From positions 310,001-374,000 of the forward strand of contig JBHGNT010000017.1 of assembly GCA_043228905.1 (NCBI GenBank): 64,000 nt of DNA, given 5' to 3'. The stretch's first letter is position 1, and each line of letters starts with the position of its first letter. A program made the translations under genes and the position numbers. This DNA is from Azolla caroliniana (Eukaryota; Plantae; Polypodiophyta). Below are positions 58,067 through 64,000 of this stretch, piece by piece. A model generated the notes under the pieces. That model was not told the DNA's origin and searched no databases. It worked only from the letters and a program-made list of their open reading frames with translations.

Positions 58067-59419
58067 CCATTATTATGTTAATTGTATGTAAAATCCACTT
58101 AGTTACAACACATCTTAGTCTCCTCTACCTATCATATGCCTATATGTAGGGAGAGGGACATCTTGTAATGCCATTAAAAAACCTGAATATACATTTGAGG
58201 AAATGATCTCCACAAGCTCTAACATCCAAAAATTCCACATGAGAATACCTTTCAACTTCTTTATATAGACTTTCACCCCATGTCTACTATCAAACATAAA
58301 AGCATTATGCATATTCCAATTGTGTTGTAGTCCCTAATAACGTAAAAATTGGAACAATATCTCCATCTCGTCATTTGAACCATTTTGAATATATTGAGAA
58401 AAAACTCATTGTTGAGGTCTCAAACAACAAAGGGTTAAAACTTGCCAAATGTCCGATAAGTATTTCCAAATGGTACACACTATAGGACATTTAATGAACT
58501 TATGTGTGTTATCCTCCAATGTAACAATGCAAAATAAACAAGTGCAGACCCTAGTCCTCGTCTCTTTAAGGCTGAACCTAATGGGAGCCCACCAATCACG
58601 ACTCTCCATATGAATACCTTTGCACGAAATGGTAGATGAGAATGTCAACCACGTTGTAATATTTTCCACCACCTTGCATCTGACTTACATACATTCCACA
58701 ACTTTGTTGCTTTAGGAGATAGCCAAGATAATGATGCCATTGCATGATGATACAATATATTTGTAGTGACTTGTAACAAGCGTGTACCATCTTGGAACCG
58801 CCAATCTACCCAAGGTGCAACATTTGTTTTCAATGGCAAATATCCTTGCAACAATGGTATATCTTGTAATTCCTCCCAAATAAATCCATAATTTGGGGGA
58901 ATACATAACCATTGCTTGGCATCGTCAATTTTGGACAACCTTTGAGATTCATTATCAACCACATCTTCCAAATGTACAATCCCCAATCGAAATAAACAAT
59001 TGGATTGAGATCCCAACTTCTCTTTCCCATGCCAAAACAACACTCGAGAAGAAACAAGCAATTCATTCTATCATGAATTACAAGATTCTCGATCACTTGA
59101 TGGCCCCCATTCAAAAAGAGATAATGCATTTTGCCATTATCTTACCAAATGTTGTCCAAATATAAAATGTCGAATCTTTAGGGGAATACTTCCATTGAGT
59201 AATGACCACTAGGATGCCCGAATCTTTGTTTTGACATGCACCAATCCTTCATGCCCCAAAAAATATTGCATCATAGATATCCATGGTTGATCTTGTTGAC
59301 ATATATCTCGTAATAATGCAAATCTACGAGCCATCAAATGCATTTCCAAATCCAATACTGCTACATCACCTAACCTGCGTAGCCAAATGGTCCCATGAAA
59401 TCCATGTAACTTCCATCAT
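58067..59419 (-). mobile_element. 5'-truncated LINE (L1/Tx1-like ORF2 C-terminal part with zf-RVT), flanked by (CT)n on both sides
   Basis: Minus frames read ISWDHLA...LGDVAVLDLEMHLMARRFALL...QPW (post-RT region) and CLFCIVTLEDNTHKFIKCPIVCTIW (CxxC-E-H-C-W zinc finger). (CT)n at 58044-58066 and 59421-59442. Confidence 0.85.
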
Positions 59420-59595
59420 TTCTCTCTCTCTCTCTCTCTCTCCCCCCCCCCCCCCCCCCCTTTTGTATGTTGAATATAAGTTTGTCTAATATAACTTTGA
59501 CAAACCAAGAAGAAGTTGTTCACCATTGTTTACAACCAACAATTGTATGACTTGTCAACATGTATTTTGTTTTGGACACACTGTTTGAATGTAGC

Positions 59596-59994
59596 TAGCA
59601 ATGGGCACGGTTTCAACTCAAACCGAACCAAACCATTAAGCCATGGTTTAACGGTTTATTGGTTCAAAGATAAATAAACCGTTTGGTTTGGTTTCAAATA
59701 TTATGATCTGGTTTGGTTTGGTTTCGGTTTGGTTTGGTTTTGAATTTCATGGTTTAGCGGCTTATTGGTTTATCGGTTTTAGTTCGGTTCGATTTTGAAT
59801 TTCAACGTTTAGTGGTTTCGGCTTATGTGGTTTGGTTTAAAGGTTTATAGGTTTGGTTTGGTTCTAAATTGGTCATAAACGGTTCGGTTTAAATGGCTTC
59901 ATAAAATTTAAACAGTTTGGTTTGGTTTGGTTTGGTTTCAAGGCCAAGAAACCGAACTGAAACCGAAACCGAAACCGAACTGCGCCCATTGCTA
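59596..59994. mobile_element. hAT-type MITE (399 bp)
   Basis: 11-bp perfect TIR TAGCAATGGGC; exact 8-bp TSD AATGTAGC (59588-59595 and 59995-60002); dense subterminal AAACC(G/A)/GGTTT repeats. Confidence 0.95.
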
Positions 59995-60197
59995 AATGTA
60001 GCTTTGGTGGGCCATGAGTTGAAAACCATGAATTTCATCAATGTAAGCATTATATAAATGGGCATATATAATATGTATGTATGTGTTTGATTCTTGAATA
60101 CAATATGTTTTCACTTAGTACCCAAGGAACCAAATTTAACTACTTTATACCATACTATTCAAAACATTGCAAAACCACTACATTTCTAAATGTTGTT

Positions 60198-60474
60198 TGT
60201 GTGATGCACGATCTACTTGGTGAACAAGCTTGCAAACCAACATTGGTGTCATAGTTGTGGTCAAGACATGGAGAACCGCATGCTTCACACAATAATATAT
60301 TATATAACAATATTATGTATGCAGTTGCCTGCCTCCCGTGTGTGATGCATGATCTACTTGGTGAACAAGCTTGCAAACCAACATTGGTGTCATAGTTGTG
60401 GTCAAGACATGGAGAACTGCATGTATCACACAATAATATAATATATTATATAACAATGTATGTCGTTGCCTCTC
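60198..60474. repeat. 141-bp tandem duplication, each unit carrying an inverted copy of the C2 gene 3' end
   Basis: Units start tgtgtgatgc at 60198 and 60339. 60262-60337 and 60403-60474 are near reverse complements of 60752-60816. Confidence 0.92.
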
Positions 60475-60777
60475 GGAGGAATTGAGCCATTTATGTATCC
60501 ATATTCCAATACATATATGTAATTAGGAGACAAATGACTACGATGTAAAATATGTGCATGAATAATACTATTGTGGATATTCCTATACACTTACATATTT
60601 ACGGGACAAATTAGTGTAATATGAAATATTTGAATGAAGCATTAGAATGCAAGTAGTCGGAATTGTACAATGAATGGGGTATAATTCCCAAAACAATGGA
60701 TGGGATGGACCATAAAAGAATTGTTATATTCTTCTTTATAAGCAAAAGGGAGGGAGGCCACTGCATTCATAATATTG

Positions 60778-62352
60778 TTATATTATTAAGTGATGCATGC
60801 GGTTCTCCATGTCTTGTGCGTATGCCTCATGGTAGGGAGAATAGAGATCATCAACGAGTATCGGATTATGATGATGGTCGGGGTCACGAATATGAAGAAG
60901 ATGATCATATCCATGACCATATTGATGGCGTGGAGATATTGGCTGGCCATGCAGCGGCACATCATGGTTCGATTCATTTGATGTACCGGTCTTTGCCGAA
61001 GGGCCGTAACTGCTTTTGGTGATATTCTTCTTCTTCTCATTTTTGCTACGTGGGGCGGCACTGAAAGAAGTCGCAGAGAGAGGGAATACAGGCGACGACC
61101 GATCAGCATCGGGAGTCTGATTCATATTTCCTGTTGGTGATGGTGTCCATCCTCTGACGTGCTCATTGGCAATGGCATCCTTCTTGTGTGAATTGCCGAG
61201 CGTTGGGATGGGGATGGGCTGGGACGATGTTGCCGCCGGTTCATGCTGCCGCTCCAGATCAACAGGGCCAGCCAGACCAGGACGCGGATGCCGTAACTTT
61301 GGGTTCATGTAGATATAAGCGGGGGGCGCTGTCGGATGCGGAAGCAGGCCGCCGCCACTAGCTGCTACTGCTGCCGCCGGTGCCATGTCTTCGCCTAGCT
61401 GTGGCCGGGGGGCAGGTGGCTCCGGACGTGGCAGGGTATTGGAATACTGCTGTGAAGTTCTGGCAGGAAGACGATTGGTGGGTGGTACCGTAGTAGGCAT
61501 AGGAAAATCCAAAGTACTATGTGTATCATAAACTACGTTTGGCTTCAGCCGGGAGGGCCAGGGGTCGGACTTAGGGTTAGTAGGCGGACGACGGTCGTCA
61601 CTGATGGTCGAAGAGTTTGGTAGTAGTAGCTGATCAGGTGCTGACAGCATGGGAGTTGTTGTCCCACCGGGGGCTGTCATTGGAACATTGTTATCGTTGC
61701 TGTCGCTTCCAATAAGAGCGGGTCTCTCCTGCGCTGACGACTTGTGACCGCCTCCTAATTCGTGGTCGTCCGCAGGTAGTATCTGCGGATGTATTTCTGG
61801 CGCAACAACAGCTGCGTAGTTGTGGAGGCGCACGATGAGGTTGAGCGCACCATGGGGCCGCCCCAAGAAGCCCCGAAGAGGATACTTCAGGATAGAAGTA
61901 GTATCGTATTCCTGGGCAGCAGCAGTACTGTGCGCAGCCTGCAAGATGTGGGCGGCGGGGATGATGGCGGTGCCGATGGGATGGCGGAGGCGGAGGCGGA
62001 GGCGGGCACAGAAGAAGGAGGCGGTGTGGTGGTGGAGGATCTGAACCTTGAGTGCCCAAGTTGTCGGGGACGTTAAGAGCTGATCCCGGCGCAAGGGTAC
62101 GAGGAGGCGCTCATTCCAAACGGGGTGGTCGGAGCCGCCGTCCCGGGCCACGCCCGTACGTCGTGCCGCCAGTGGGTTGACCCATGCAACGGCCACTGGC
62201 TGGTTCTTTCCAAACCACGCCACCCGCCTCAGACCTTCGGCTGACACCACCCTCACCTCCACTTGATAATATCCATCTTCATCCACACGTACTCCCTTCG
62301 TTTCCCGGCTGCTGCTTCTACTGCCATCATCGTTTGGACGTCGCCTTGACAT
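60778..62352 (-). CDS. C2-domain protein, SRC2/BAP-like, with a long Pro-rich disordered tail, intronless, ~524 aa
   Basis: N-terminal 'VEVRVVSAEGLRRVAWFGKNQPVAVAWVNP...RTGVARDGGSDHPVWNERLLVPL...LKVQI...PIGTAIIP...YPLRGFLGRPHGALNLIVRL' is a C2_SRC2-like fold. First ATG is 62352 (62367 is GTG). GC-rich coding signature. Confidence 0.85.
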   Translation of the reverse strand: MSRRRPNDDGSRSSSRETKGVRVDEDGYYQVEVRVVSAEGLRRVAWFGKNQPVAVAWVNPLAARRTGVARDGGSDHPVWNERLLVPLRRDQLLTSPTTWALKVQILHHHTASFFCARLRLRLRHPIGTAIIPAAHILQAAHSTAAAQEYDTTSILKYPLRGFLGRPHGALNLIVRLHNYAAVVAPEIHPQILPADDHELGGGHKSSAQERPALIGSDSNDNNVPMTAPGGTTTPMLSAPDQLLLPNSSTISDDRRPPTNPKSDPWPSRLKPNVVYDTHSTLDFPMPTTVPPTNRLPARTSQQYSNTLPRPEPPAPRPQLGEDMAPAAAVAASGGGLLPHPTAPPAYIYMNPKLRHPRPGLAGPVDLERQHEPAATSSQPIPIPTLGNSHKKDAIANEHVRGWTPSPTGNMNQTPDADRSSPVFPLSATSFSAAPRSKNEKKKNITKSSYGPSAKTGTSNESNHDVPLHGQPISPRHQYGHGYDHLLHIRDPDHHHNPILVDDLYSPYHEAYAQDMENRMHHLII

Positions 62353-62954
62353 CTCCGCCCGCCCCACTGCCTAACCAGGCCTATGCTATGTATAGATGGA
62401 GCCGTGAATAATCTCCCAAATCACACTTGCACGCCAAACGCTATCTATCTATACATACATATGTAAAGCTCATTCAGAGGGATACCTATTAAATGTACAT
62501 TAGGACAAAAGGCCTACTTCATTATGTATATACAATGTTCCCTCTTCCCTCGGATGCAATTAATTTACTCCTCCTCATATATCACGTATGATACGAGCAT
62601 TTTCCAAACCAAAAATATATCGAATGCACAGGTTGTGAATTGAAGTGTGTGCATCCAAAGCAAAAGGGATACGTTGCCTCCGTGTGAATATATTGCATCC
62701 AAAAGCCGAATGATACTTTGCCTTCTCATTAGAGCCAAGTATTATATATTTATTTTTCTAAAGGATCAAAATTATCCTTTGGTGGATGATGAAGCTACCT
62801 TTAGAACAAGACATTCTGTGCTAAAGCACAAGAAAACACAGGTTAATATTGCCTTTATACGATATATACGAACCTTTACTTACACGCCCCCCCCTTCTTA
62901 CTTGCATTGAAGTTCTAAAACACACACACACACCCACACCCCAGTGGTACCTTA

Positions 62955-63769
62955 TGATGGGGATATGGAGCGGAATCGGGATGATTCATAATACCAACTC
63001 AAGAATCAAAATAAACAACACCACAACACAAAAAGAGAGTACACCAAATTTTAACGTGGAAAACCCAAAAATTGGGAAAAACCACGGGAACCTTAGGTTC
63101 CAAAACAAATTCACTAATTTCTGAGTGTACAAGGCGTATATAGCCTCAAGAGTTTACTCTAGAGATATGCACTTATATTTCAAGGCTACCGCCTTGGATA
63201 CAATGTTCACCCTACCAAATAAGATAAACAACCAAAAGAAAAACCCAAAAGAAACACGAACAAGTAAACCTGTTACGAGTAAACGGAAGAGTTGTTGTGG
63301 TCCAAACAACACCTCACTAGATCTCCGTCTTTACACTTGCAACGAGTTCTCGTTCTCGATCACCTTGTTCTCGAGCTCTCACACTTGTTCACTTGTTCAC
63401 TTCTGATTTCTTGTGTCTTCTTACACACCTCTTTTTGTCGAATCTCTGTTTTCAGCCTCTTAGATATGTTTTCTTATGCACTTCGTTTTTCTCTATCTTT
63501 CTCTGTCTTTCTCGAAGACTTCCCTCTCAGTTTTCTGTTTTTACTCTCAGTTTTTTTTTTTCACTCACAAAATCAGATTGTATCACACTTGTATATTCTC
63601 TGATTTTTTTCTGCACTCTCTTTCGTTGTCACAGTTTTTGCGTCTGCCCCTCTTCCCTCAGCCTTGTAGGGCAACGTCCTTTTTCGAATCTGTTTTCACA
63701 CCTGAACAAAACAAAACAAAAAAGACACACGCCCAAAAACATACAAAAAAAGAAAGAGAGGAAACATAC

Positions 63770-63812
<43 letters not shown>

Positions 63813-63896
63813 AATGTAACTAATTAGTTTTAAGTTGTATTCGGCGTTTAGCCGACTTAACATTGTGGGCTCCACTTGAGTGGACAGGCCCCAACA
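62955..63896 (-). repeat. 3' LTR of a Ty1/copia element (~942 bp)
   Basis: On minus it begins TGTTGGGG right after the PPT and ends CCCCATCA (7/8 terminal inverted match). Contains an internal (TA)n tract. Confidence 0.8.
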
Positions 63897-64000
63897 ATTC
63901 TCCCCCTCCATCTCAAGTGGGAGGCACAACTAGGTTTGCCTTTTGTTTGCAAACTTCAAGCTTCTCCCTTGACAAACATTTTGTCATCATGTCAGAACCA
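62955..64000 (-). mobile_element. Ty1/copia retrotransposon 3' end (RNase H terminus, PPT, LTR); continues beyond the window
   Basis: Minus frame 63999-63913 reads GSDMMTKCLSREKLEVCKQKANLVVPPT* (copia RNaseH ADMxTK motif). PPT GATGGAGGGGGAGA at 63899-63912. Confidence 0.92.

Noticed and set aside
60663-62411. Antisense and alternate-frame ORFs over the C2 gene
   Set aside because: Shadow ORFs of GC-rich, low-complexity coding sequence.
63125-63827. Overlapping 90-144-aa ORFs
   Set aside because: They lie inside the copia LTR and consist of low-complexity F/S/L and (TA)n translations.

Overview
Gene-dense land-plant nuclear DNA with spliceosomal introns; a fern or other seed-free plant is plausible, but the sequence alone cannot show this. 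Eight protein-coding genes can be reconstructed with consistent exon phases: AZG1-type purine/cytokinin permease (-, intronless), DUS3 tRNA-dihydrouridine synthase (+, 9 exons), NUP93 (-, 15 exons), a remorin (+, 5 coding exons, one GC-AG intron), PP2A catalytic subunit (+, 6 exons), a MyoB/DUF593 myosin receptor (-), an hnRNP-U-like SPRY/P-loop protein (-) and an SRC2/BAP-like C2 protein (-). Between them lie a nested Ty3/gypsy relic, a Ty1/copia 3' end with LTR, an hAT MITE with an 8-bp TSD, LINE fragments, a probable solo LTR and many local tandem duplications. The most interesting signals are: (i) a tRNA-headed SINE family (3 copies) and a 5'-truncated LINE that all sit in GA-repeat sequence in the same polarity, suggesting a (GA/TC)n-targeting LINE/SINE pair; (ii) a tandemly doubled inverted copy of the C2 gene's stop-codon region ~0.3-0.5 kb downstream that could fold back on its own mRNA; (iii) NUP93 intron 1 built from ~8 degenerate copies of its own 3' splice site. 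All coordinates were read by hand and no database searches were run.
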